From positions 864,001-928,000 of the forward strand of contig CAXXQS010000001.1 of assembly GCA_963674735.2 (NCBI GenBank): 64,000 bases of DNA, read 5' to 3'. Both the position numbers and the translations under genes were made by a program. This DNA is from Myxococcota bacterium (GTDB lineage: Bacteria > Myxococcota_A > SURF-8). Of the stretch, positions 49,289 through 58,061 are shown piece by piece. The notes under the pieces are model-generated. The model was given only the letters and a program-made list of their open reading frames with translations, did no database searches and was not told the origin of the DNA. Positions within the stretch are counted from its first letter, which is position 1, and every line of letters begins with the position of its first letter.

Positions 49289-51295
49289 ATGCGAATCTGG
49301 ATTTTGCTTGGGTTAGGGCTTGCCGTCTGCCTGCTGGCCGGATGTTCCGACTCGGTGGTGACCTCTATGGAACCGTTGGATGGCGATGCCGACAGCGATC
49401 AAACCGACGCTTCGGATGGCGACTATGATGGCATGGACGAACCCTTGCCGGATGGTGATGACGGTGTCGATGGCGATGCTGATGGTGATGGTGTTGATGA
49501 CCCGGATGGGGATGGTGAACTGGATGCGGAACAAGACTTCGACCCGGCGGATGGCGATACGGATAGCGATACCGACACCGAATCGACGATCGATGGCGAT
49601 ACCGACGAAACGGACGACCAGCCCGTTTGCGAACCCAATGCCAGCTGGTGCGAGGAGACCTTTCTCCACGTCTGCAATGAGGATGGAACGGATGAATACA
49701 TCCCGACCGACTGCGGCCCCATCGGCTGCGAGGATGGCGCGTGTGTCGAGGAAAACGCGCTGGATCTGCGCGAGTATGGATCCTACGCCATGCTGAGCGA
49801 CAAACGGCTGACGTATGGGAAAACGGAGGCAAGCATCGAGATGTGGTTCGTGTCAGAATCCTTGCACCCCAGCACCATTTTGTATGCGGAAGGCGGCGTG
49901 ATTGCAATCAGGCTGTGGCAGGATGGACACATTTCCTACCAGGAGAAGCGGTCCGATATTGGCTGGACCTATGTGGATACGGTCCCCAATCCGTTCACCT
50001 TGACCGAGTGGCATCACCTTGCGGTCGTACGCACGGGAGATCGGCTTTCCATCTTTCTCGATGGAATCAAGATCCTTGAAGACAACGGGCCACCTTCCGA
50101 TAGTGGACTCGTTAGCGGTTCGGAGAACACGGTGGCTGGCGGATTTCTGAGTACGGAACACTACTGTTTTGCCGTGATTGACGAACTCCGGATCTCCGAC
50201 AGCGTCCGCTATGCCGAAGACTTCGAGCCCGCGTATCGGTTTGAGCCGGACGAGCAGACCATCGGCCTCTGGCACTTCGATGAAGGCGAAGGCAGCGTCG
50301 TTCACGATGCGAGCCCAAACAGCCACGATGGTTCGTTGCATGGCGATGCGACCTGGACAGCGGACGCCGTCTGGCGCAACTGGCATTGCACCCCGCAGTG
50401 GGGACAGTGTCTGCCGGATTCGACGGAGCGCAAAGTCTGCCGGGAAGACGGACTGGGCTGGGCCGATCCGACCGACTGCGGACCGATTGGATGCGAGAAT
50501 CGCAATTGCATTGAAGAACAGGCGCTGAGCTTCAACAACACGGATGACGGCATTCAGGTTGCGGACCGATTCCTGATTCGGCGCGAAATAGAGGCCACCA
50601 TCGAAATGTGGGTTTGGCTGGAGGAACGAGAGACGACTGCAGACTTCGAGGGACATAATTTGTACATGGAAGGCGATCCGACTCGATTGGTTTTGGCGGT
50701 AAATAACAATGGCAGGATTCATTTCTCGGAACACGACCCTGATGCCGGCTGGAACAATTTCCCGACGGTCGAAGGCGTTTTCCCTTTCGAGACCTGGACC
50801 CATCTCGCTGTTACGAAGAACGCGACCCAGCGCGTTTTCTTTGTGAATGGTGAGCAGGTGGCGGCCAGTCCGGCAGATACGGTGCCTTTCGATCATCCAG
50901 CCGAGGAGCCTACGGTCTTGGGCCGAAAGATGTATGGCCAGATCGACGAGCTGCGCCTGTCGGATACGGTGCGCTACACGGAAGACTTCACGCCGGTCTT
51001 TCGTCATCAAGGCGAGCGGTTCGATACGCCGCCGGATGAGCATACCATCGGCCTCTGGCATTTCGACGCCAACGGATGGGATGTCAGCGCCAATCGCTAC
51101 GATCTTGCCGAGGATGCCTGCACCTTCACCGACGAGGCCGTCTGGCGCAATTGGACCTGCGTCCCCGAATGGACAACTTGTGCGACGGAACAGGCCGTGC
51201 AGCGCTGCAACGCGGACGGTCGCTGGATGGAAGAGGAACTGTGTACGGACGGCACCTGCGAGACGATCAGCAACAGCGAGGCTGTCTGCCAATAG
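49289..51295 (+). CDS. Lipoprotein with a DGD stalk and two LamG/concanavalin-like domains joined by Cys-rich linkers
   Basis: Lipobox LAGC; twice (IEMW, W.HLAV, IDELR.SD.VRY.EDF, TIGLWHFD, AVWRNW.C). Confidence 0.85.
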   Translation: MRIWILLGLGLAVCLLAGCSDSVVTSMEPLDGDADSDQTDASDGDYDGMDEPLPDGDDGVDGDADGDGVDDPDGDGELDAEQDFDPADGDTDSDTDTESTIDGDTDETDDQPVCEPNASWCEETFLHVCNEDGTDEYIPTDCGPIGCEDGACVEENALDLREYGSYAMLSDKRLTYGKTEASIEMWFVSESLHPSTILYAEGGVIAIRLWQDGHISYQEKRSDIGWTYVDTVPNPFTLTEWHHLAVVRTGDRLSIFLDGIKILEDNGPPSDSGLVSGSENTVAGGFLSTEHYCFAVIDELRISDSVRYAEDFEPAYRFEPDEQTIGLWHFDEGEGSVVHDASPNSHDGSLHGDATWTADAVWRNWHCTPQWGQCLPDSTERKVCREDGLGWADPTDCGPIGCENRNCIEEQALSFNNTDDGIQVADRFLIRREIEATIEMWVWLEERETTADFEGHNLYMEGDPTRLVLAVNNNGRIHFSEHDPDAGWNNFPTVEGVFPFETWTHLAVTKNATQRVFFVNGEQVAASPADTVPFDHPAEEPTVLGRKMYGQIDELRLSDTVRYTEDFTPVFRHQGERFDTPPDEHTIGLWHFDANGWDVSANRYDLAEDACTFTDEAVWRNWTCVPEWTTCATEQAVQRCNADGRWMEEELCTDGTCETISNSEAVCQ

Positions 51296-51552
51296 GGACA
51301 CCGGGCTTCCCGCCGTTTCGGACAATGGAGCGGCGGGAGGCCTTTCTCCCAAAATCACTTTCCACCACGATCAGGTGGACCCAACAAAAAACTGCCCAAA
51401 TTGATATTGGACACGGCCTTTTACTTCCGGGTCCTCTTCGAAATTGCCATAGCCCTTCTGCTATACGAGTCCTGGCTAAAAGAAGAAGCGTAGGCTCCTT
51501 CTTCGTCGCCGCGCGCAACAGGTGGGATGGATGGCGGGATCGAACGGTAGGT

Positions 51553-51654
51553 TTATCGAAGCCGTTTGGAACGGATATGATTGACAAGAGCATCGAAGGC
51601 CAGACCGGCCAACAGAGCCGTGTTCTGAATGATGATGGCGCGCAGGAATTTCAC
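51553..51654 (-). CDS. 33-aa hydrophobic microprotein MKFLRAIIIQNTALLAGLAFDALVNHIRSKRLR (not in the ORF track)
   Basis: GTG start overlaps the upstream TGA (GTGA); AAGGAG RBS 5 nt upstream. Confidence 0.5.
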   Translation of the reverse strand: MKFLRAIIIQNTALLAGLAFDALVNHIRSKRLR

Positions 51655-51911
51655 GGCGTCTCCTTGTCGGTGGGGGCGATGGAGATCTCGCTGGAGCTTG
51701 TATCATCATCGTTCTGATGGCTGTCCAGCGTTGTACCGACTGCACCACCCAATGCTCCACCGATGGCCGAGCCGATCTTGCCGAAGATGGACGCACCGAT
51801 GGCGGCGGCAATACCCGCGCCCAGCGCCGTGAACTTGTTTCGATGTACGACCTCGCCGATCCGGTTCTTGACGTGATCGATGTCGTTGGTAATACGTTGC
51901 AGATCACTCAT
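51651..51911 (-). CDS. Small glycine-zipper peptide (86 aa)
   Basis: AAGGAG RBS; ALGAGIAAAIGASIFGKIGSAIGGALGGAVG. Confidence 0.7.
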   Translation of the reverse strand: MSDLQRITNDIDHVKNRIGEVVHRNKFTALGAGIAAAIGASIFGKIGSAIGGALGGAVGTTLDSHQNDDDTSSSEISIAPTDKETP

Positions 51912-51949
51912 GTGGTCTCCTTTTTTTAGTTGCGATATTGTGATTGGCA

Positions 51950-52657
51950 CTATTCGGCAATCAGCCCGAAGGCCGAGCAGTCCATAGCGATCTTGCGCGG
52001 GAGCGGCTGCCCCAGCGCGTGTTTCTTCACAAGGATGGACACCAGCGCGCCGGTGAGCATGGAGTTGTAGATCACCGCCCGCGCCGTGCAGGGCAGCTGC
52101 ATCGACTCCTCCGCTGGGTGCAGGGTCTTTTCATAGGCCTGAGCACCCATCAGGTCACCGTGGGACTTGGCGGTGTAGATCACGATGTACTCTCCGCCCT
52201 GGCGAGGGTCGATGATGGTAATGGGCCGGGCGCGGCTGCCCTGAGCCTTGGCCTGCTCCCAGATCGTCCTGCGGGCTTCCATGTTGTCCACGCAGGAGAT
52301 GACCAGGCGCTTGGGGTCGTCACGGCCAAGGGGCTGATCGCTGTAGCGCTGGCGGAACTGGCCGGGCAGGAGGCCGGTGACGCGGTAGACCTCGACGCCT
52401 AGCGCTACGGCCTTGGACTGGCCCAAATACTCCGCGCCGTACAATTGATTCGGCTGGTTGTGCGGCTCGACCGTGTCGTCGTCGTAGAGGTTGATATCCG
52501 TGCAGCCCATCTTGGCCAGAGCGAGCGCGGTGTAGGAGCCGGAAGCCCCGGCGCCGATGATGGTGATGGGGAAGTCCAGCTTGTCGGGATGGATGATGTC
52601 AAGCTGGCGGTGGAACTGGGTGTCAAGGGTCGTGCGGTCCATGTTGTTTCGGTCCAT
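51950..52657 (-). CDS. ThiF/E1-like adenylyltransferase
   Basis: RQLDI..IIGAGASGS, YDDDTVEPHN, ISCVDNMEAR, IDPR, LPCTARAVIY. Confidence 0.88.
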   Translation of the reverse strand: MDRNNMDRTTLDTQFHRQLDIIHPDKLDFPITIIGAGASGSYTALALAKMGCTDINLYDDDTVEPHNQPNQLYGAEYLGQSKAVALGVEVYRVTGLLPGQFRQRYSDQPLGRDDPKRLVISCVDNMEARRTIWEQAKAQGSRARPITIIDPRQGGEYIVIYTAKSHGDLMGAQAYEKTLHPAEESMQLPCTARAVIYNSMLTGALVSILVKKHALGQPLPRKIAMDCSAFGLIAE

Positions 52658-52762
52658 ACGGGCTCCTTTTCTAATCCGTTGGTATTACAGGGGAATAGTG
52701 CTAACATGACACACTCGAAGATATCTTTCTCACCTGAGTCGTCAACGAAAGCAGAGGACGTG

Positions 52763-55069
52763 ATGCTACCAAAGCAGGCATTAAACATAGCACTGATCTT
52801 AGCGTTCGCGATTCTTACAGGATGCGAAGCGGACGATCGTTCTCTAAACGGTGACCAGCCTGTTGTTGATGGTGATGTCGATGACATCGATGACGAAGTC
52901 TCAGGCGATGAGGAGGCCCAGGTTGGCGATGACTATCGGGACGTGCGTGGTGTCCAGAGTCTGAACGGCATCTGGGAGCTTGAACAAGGTTCATTATCCG
53001 ATACCCCGCCAGACATGTACCGGCATACTGTTTCGGTTCCGGCGCTGGTGAGTGCGGCCACCCCCCGCTTCGAGGAGGTCGGTTTGAAGAGCGAACGGCG
53101 TGAAGCTTTTTGGTACCGAAGGTCCTTTTCAGTAGAGGCACCTCCAGATCGCGTCCAGTTGGTTATTCACAAGGCGAAATATGGTGTTAAAGTCTGGTTG
53201 AACGGGCGTGAGTTAGGGGAGCATTTCGGCTCCTATACCGCCAAACGTTTCGATATAACAGGTGCTGTTCATGCATCCGATCTAAACGACCTTGTGGTGC
53301 GGGTAGGCGCCTGGCTGGATGCCGTGCCCGAGGAGGTGCCGGCAGGACAGGACCCGGAGAAAATGTATTGGATTCCCGGATTATATGACGATGTGGAAAT
53401 TATCTCGTCCTCCACTCCGCACATTGTGCACACAAAAATCGAACCAGACATCGACCAACACGAAGTACGAATTGTTACCCGTATTCGGAATGACAGCGAT
53501 TCCAGGAAAGACGTGCAGGTCCGTTCGTTTGCCGTCGAGTGGAGTGGTGGCGCACGAGCGTCCGATACGGTGGATACTCATCACCTGCTCGAACCCGGCC
53601 AGGAGGCCGAGATCATTCAACTTGCAGCCCTCGAATCACCCCACCTGTGGTCGCCTGAGGATCCCTTTTTATATGCCATGCGAACATGGCTGGTGGTGGA
53701 CAGCGAGGTCTCGGACAACCTGGAAACGCGCTTCGGCATGCGCAAGGTCGAGTGGCGAAGCGGACCGGACCTCCAGGGGAAATTCATGCTGAACAACCGG
53801 CCGTACTACCTGCGAGGCTCCAACCTGACGCTGCATCGCTTTTTCGAAGACTCCATAGCCGACGGGAACGTACTGGCATGGGACAGATTGTGGGTGCGGG
53901 AACTGCTGACCACGACTCCGAAATCGCTGCACTGGAACAGTTTTCGTGTATGCGTTGGGCGTGCGCCCCGCTTCTGGTACGACCTGTTCGATGAACTCGG
54001 TTACATAATAGCAGACGAATTCATGATGTGGACGGTGATGGATAACTCGGCCAAGACCTGGAGTCTTGATGAAATGGAAAAGGAGTATACAAGCTGGATT
54101 CAGGATAACTGGAATCATCCAAGCATCAGCTGGTGGGATGCCAGCAACGAAACACAAGACCGCAAATCGTATGATAGTATCGATCGCCTTCGTCACCTGG
54201 ACCCAACGCGTCAGTGGGAAAATGGTGGATACGGGGAACCTCATGGCGAGAATGATCCCATCGAGGATCATCCCTACTTGTTTATTCCGCTGTTCTCTGA
54301 TCTTAATACCGATCTGCACGAAGTGCTGGATGAAAACGACGGGCGACCACCCCAGGGAGGGCTTGTTGGCACGTCATTGGGAACCTGGCAGGACAGCTCG
54401 CATCCCTATCTGATAAACGAGTACGGCTATGTATGGATCAACCGCGACGGCACCCCGACCGCGCTGTCCGAGCAATTTTACGAGACCTTTCTTGGTCCGG
54501 GTGTGCACGATCCGGAAACGTACCGGGAGGCATACGCCTACATCGTTGGTGGACTGACCGGATTCTGGCGCGCCAGAAGGCACTATGCCGGGATTCAACA
54601 TTTCGCATACCTTGGCTACTCCAGGCCCGGTGGCGACACCAGCGACAATTTCATTGATGTGCAAAACCTGGTGCTGGAGCCTCGCTGGCGCGCCTATGCA
54701 GAAAGTGCCTTCTCGCCCATCATGATATATATTGATTCCTGGCGGCAGGATTACACGGCAGAAGAGATACAGACGGTCCCTGTGGTGGTCATCAACGATT
54801 TGGATACAGAAGAGAGTGCAACCCTGCGTATGCGCTTGTTGACCAAGGAGGGCGAGGTGTTGTGGGAAAGCGAGCCACTGGATGTGACCATCGATGCGCT
54901 GGGGGTGAAAACGATGAATGTCGAAGTGGCGTTTCCTCAACAATCCAAGCTCATGCTTGTTGCAGAACTTGAATTGCTATACCCAGGTCTCGACCGGGTG
55001 TATAGCGTTCGCAAAATCGGGTACGATCATATTGGAGAAACAGGTCCATGGCCCGTTTTACAACAATGA
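52763..55069 (+). CDS. Glycoside hydrolase family 2 lipoprotein
   Basis: Lipobox LTGC; SLNGIW, WYRRSF, VWLNG, HLWSPEDPFLY, FGMR, LNNRPYYLRG, NHPSI.WWDASNE, INEYG. Confidence 0.87.
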   Translation: MLPKQALNIALILAFAILTGCEADDRSLNGDQPVVDGDVDDIDDEVSGDEEAQVGDDYRDVRGVQSLNGIWELEQGSLSDTPPDMYRHTVSVPALVSAATPRFEEVGLKSERREAFWYRRSFSVEAPPDRVQLVIHKAKYGVKVWLNGRELGEHFGSYTAKRFDITGAVHASDLNDLVVRVGAWLDAVPEEVPAGQDPEKMYWIPGLYDDVEIISSSTPHIVHTKIEPDIDQHEVRIVTRIRNDSDSRKDVQVRSFAVEWSGGARASDTVDTHHLLEPGQEAEIIQLAALESPHLWSPEDPFLYAMRTWLVVDSEVSDNLETRFGMRKVEWRSGPDLQGKFMLNNRPYYLRGSNLTLHRFFEDSIADGNVLAWDRLWVRELLTTTPKSLHWNSFRVCVGRAPRFWYDLFDELGYIIADEFMMWTVMDNSAKTWSLDEMEKEYTSWIQDNWNHPSISWWDASNETQDRKSYDSIDRLRHLDPTRQWENGGYGEPHGENDPIEDHPYLFIPLFSDLNTDLHEVLDENDGRPPQGGLVGTSLGTWQDSSHPYLINEYGYVWINRDGTPTALSEQFYETFLGPGVHDPETYREAYAYIVGGLTGFWRARRHYAGIQHFAYLGYSRPGGDTSDNFIDVQNLVLEPRWRAYAESAFSPIMIYIDSWRQDYTAEEIQTVPVVVINDLDTEESATLRMRLLTKEGEVLWESEPLDVTIDALGVKTMNVEVAFPQQSKLMLVAELELLYPGLDRVYSVRKIGYDHIGETGPWPVLQQ

Positions 55070-55170
55070 CGTCACAATTGCTGGGAAGTCAGATAAGCTC
55101 TATCCACGCCATTCCCAATCAAGTGAAGAAATCATGTCGAGGGGGGTGCGGCCTATAGGGATTCCTTCCA

Positions 55171-55521
55171 TTACTGGTGCCGCTTGATCTCTTCGATCTT
55201 GGAAAGCGGCTTGGGAGTGAAGTGGATGTCGCGTTCGATGGCCTGCAGGCCGGGGATGCGCTGGCCGTTAATGCGGGCTTCCAAGGATTCGAGTTCTTTC
55301 AGGCTGAAGTAGCCGAGTTCGCCACAGCCGGGATGGATCTCGGCCCAACCGAAGCACGTATCGCCACCTTCATGATCGAACTCGGTCAGATACCAGACGC
55401 CGTTGGAGCCGTAGGCGTGGAAAAAGCGGAGGTGCGCGATGGCCTCCATGCCCTTGCCGTCCTGGGCATACAAGGGCGGGATCACCTTGCGGATGGACTG
55501 GGGGAGTAGCTTTTGTTTCAT
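55171..55521 (-). CDS. DUF2958 family protein
   Basis: PPLY.QD, FF..G..WYLTE.D, FG, ELGYFSL.EL, IERD.HF; GGAGGT RBS. Confidence 0.85.
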   Translation of the reverse strand: MKQKLLPQSIRKVIPPLYAQDGKGMEAIAHLRFFHAYGSNGVWYLTEFDHEGGDTCFGWAEIHPGCGELGYFSLKELESLEARINGQRIPGLQAIERDIHFTPKPLSKIEEIKRHQ

Positions 55522-55722
55522 GGAAATGACCTCCGTTATTGGGAAAAATAGGCGCACCTGTCCGGACCATCCGGGGCGGATGTTTAGTCAGGTGGTTCAG
55601 TTGTAGGGAAATATTTAAACTAGGAGTATTTCACTGCTATTATTCTTATAGCCGATAAAGACTTGAAATTACGCTTCAATGAATACTACCAGGTACTAAT
55701 TCTCCATTGCTGTCTGATTGAG

Positions 55723-56955
55723 CTATATCGAGCGTTCCAGCATCGCTTCCACTTTCATAAACTCCTTTTCCTCATTGTACTGACGAGGATCGGCGTGGTC
55801 TACTTCGATCATGACCGTGGGAATACCGTAGCGTTTCTCAATATTTCTCATCAGGTCGATCTGCATAACCGAATAGACTTTGCATGAACGGTTGGAACTG
55901 AAGATCACGCCCGTGATATCAAAACGTTCAATCTGCTGACACATGGCTTGATAGCGCAACTCAAGCCCGTATGGACAAACCGAGAAGTTTTGTACTCGTG
56001 CCAGATCATACAATGGATTGTCGTGTTCATACCGGTATTGGTCGACATGCCCTTCAATCGTCCCCATGCAGGAAGTATAGGTTGCACAGATGACGTTAGC
56101 ATTCAATTCAGCTAGGCGGGTGGACATCTTTCGCAGTTGATGCCAAGGGGCGATGTTATCCCAGAGAAGGCGGTGCTTTTCATTGGCAACAGGGAAATCA
56201 CTTGTGTTGACGAGTTCTTCGGCTTCATCCGCCAGAAGCTTGCAGTGTTCGACGAGTTGTTGCGTACCGCGATAGCTGGTGATGTAGGGAGCCATATGTA
56301 CAAAGGAGTCGAAGGCCGTCATCCCGGCCGGATGATGTGCGGCCAGATCGAGAAAGCGCTTCCAATGTTTATTGGCCTTATCGGAAAGCCGCACGGCTTC
56401 CCGGACTTTTTCTTCATCCCAGGTTTGGCCCGTTTTCTCTTCAATCAGTGAAATAAGATCCCTGAACTGCGCGATGATATAGTCCAGGTCTTTTTCTTTC
56501 TGCGATTCGTAACAAAACGGAACATCCAAGGTAAAATGTGGAATCCTCAATTCTCGCCGATATACATCGAACCATTTGACCAGGAGGGAGCAGTTGTTAT
56601 TGTTGCTGATTAGCAGATCCGGCTTGGGCATTCCCATGCTGGGTGATCCCTCCCCCTTGGCAAACCACGTTCCCAGGTCGATGCGGGCATAAGAGCAGAG
56701 ATCCATGGAGTAGCCCTTATGTTCAGCTTTTTCCGCTTGAACGGCTCCTACACCCCTGGCAGCACACATGGCAGAATGATTTTCAGGCACGGCCACAACC
56801 AGGTCGAAACCTTTCAGCAATTCGATGGGAACGATGATGGCGATCCACGTGACAAACTTCCCACTTGCCGCCTCCGCGTGCATATGCATGAAGTAGTCGG
56901 TTACCAACTTTTTCAGACTTGCTGCTGAATTTTCCAACCTGCGACCGCTACTCAT
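55723..56955 (-). CDS. 2-hydroxyacyl-CoA dehydratase subunit (HgdA/FldB/HadB-like)
   Basis: PENHSA, GYSMDLCSYAR, PKPD..NNNC..KWF, RLLWDNIAPW, NRSCK, EVDHADPR. Confidence 0.88.
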   Translation of the reverse strand: MSSGRRLENSAASLKKLVTDYFMHMHAEAASGKFVTWIAIIVPIELLKGFDLVVAVPENHSAMCAARGVGAVQAEKAEHKGYSMDLCSYARIDLGTWFAKGEGSPSMGMPKPDLLISNNNNCSLLVKWFDVYRRELRIPHFTLDVPFCYESQKEKDLDYIIAQFRDLISLIEEKTGQTWDEEKVREAVRLSDKANKHWKRFLDLAAHHPAGMTAFDSFVHMAPYITSYRGTQQLVEHCKLLADEAEELVNTSDFPVANEKHRLLWDNIAPWHQLRKMSTRLAELNANVICATYTSCMGTIEGHVDQYRYEHDNPLYDLARVQNFSVCPYGLELRYQAMCQQIERFDITGVIFSSNRSCKVYSVMQIDLMRNIEKRYGIPTVMIEVDHADPRQYNEEKEFMKVEAMLERSI

Positions 56956-58037
56956 GGTGCTTCCTCCAGCATTTCGGAAAAGGCATCGATCCGAGTTTGA
57001 ATGGCCCCATGGCTTGCATCTCCCAAAGCGAATTCCAGGACAAGTACCTTGATTCCAGCCTCTTGTAGTTTCTTTTCGAGGTAAGGAAGCTCAAAATACT
57101 CGTATTCACAGTATTTCTCTCCTACAAAGATAAACCCTTTCGCCTTCTTTTGTTTCACCAAGTCGACGATGGCATCAACCTTTCTATCCGCTGTATGGAG
57201 CAATGTGGAACAAGGAACATGATTCATGTAGAAATTGTAATAATACTCGGCCACGGAATCATAGGAGTCCGGTGTGTATCCGTTTGAGCGGCCAACCATC
57301 GCGGTGTCGTCCGCCACTACACAGAACCCAGCCTTGTCCAATGCTTCACATGCATACCGAGGAGGAGGTAGAATGCCGCTGACGACTATCCGTTTGTGCT
57401 TTTCGGGAAGTGAATCGACATTCTGAGATATGAGATAGGCATCAAGAGCTTCTATCTGCTTCTCCACCGGCAAGCCATTCAGGCTAGTCAGTTGTTGGAT
57501 TGTGCCAGCATAGCCGAACGTTCCATTCGCCATACATGTGTTAACCGCATCTAGTTTTTCTCGCAGAAGTCGGTACATCGACACACTGTCACGGAAACTG
57601 GACATCTCGAAAGCATGTCCTGTCAGTTCTTCAAGCCCTTCAATCAAATTGCTGATTTCATTTTCCAGGTAGTTGCGACCATAATCGCTGTCCAGGCGTG
57701 CAGCAGGAATATGCAGTTTCAACATCGGCAAGTCAGCATCGCCGAGACCGCAGCTGAGGATTTCAGGTAGGTTGCGGAGCGTATCGCAAGCGTTGTACAT
57801 GAACAGCGCATCCAGTTCTTTCTCTCCATCCGTCAGTATGTATTCGGTCATCTTGCGAGCAACACCACAGCAGTAATTCTGAATATGCTGGTCGGCGTGA
57901 ATCGTTTTGTCGTATTTTTCGGCGAGTCCCCACAGGATCACGGGCGTCAGCCCCATCGAATGAAACAGTTCGAGCGGCGGGTACAGAGGAAAACACCCGA
58001 TGACCGGCTTTACATTGGTTTTGCTGATGTCAGGCAT
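56952..58037 (-). CDS. 2-hydroxyacyl-CoA dehydratase subunit (HgdB/FldC/HadC-like)
   Basis: IGCFPLYPP.EL, CDTLRNL, VVADD, KYCEYE, TRIDAF.E. Confidence 0.88.
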   Translation of the reverse strand: MPDISKTNVKPVIGCFPLYPPLELFHSMGLTPVILWGLAEKYDKTIHADQHIQNYCCGVARKMTEYILTDGEKELDALFMYNACDTLRNLPEILSCGLGDADLPMLKLHIPAARLDSDYGRNYLENEISNLIEGLEELTGHAFEMSSFRDSVSMYRLLREKLDAVNTCMANGTFGYAGTIQQLTSLNGLPVEKQIEALDAYLISQNVDSLPEKHKRIVVSGILPPPRYACEALDKAGFCVVADDTAMVGRSNGYTPDSYDSVAEYYYNFYMNHVPCSTLLHTADRKVDAIVDLVKQKKAKGFIFVGEKYCEYEYFELPYLEKKLQEAGIKVLVLEFALGDASHGAIQTRIDAFSEMLEEAP

Positions 58038-58061
58038 CGCTATGGTGTATTCCTTCCATGT

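Larger units (their letters stand above)
31161..55560. mobile_element. tRNA-Asn-anchored integrative/defence island (right boundary uncertain)
   Basis: Integrase at the tRNA 3' end, defence genes, mosaic base composition, mobile-element-type genes (ThiF, DUF2958, XRE). No att duplication was seen. Confidence 0.6.

Noticed and set aside
52445-52762. Extended N-terminus of the GH2 ORF
   Set aside because: It overlaps ThiF on the opposite strand; the RBS and lipoprotein signal indicate a start at about 52760-52763.
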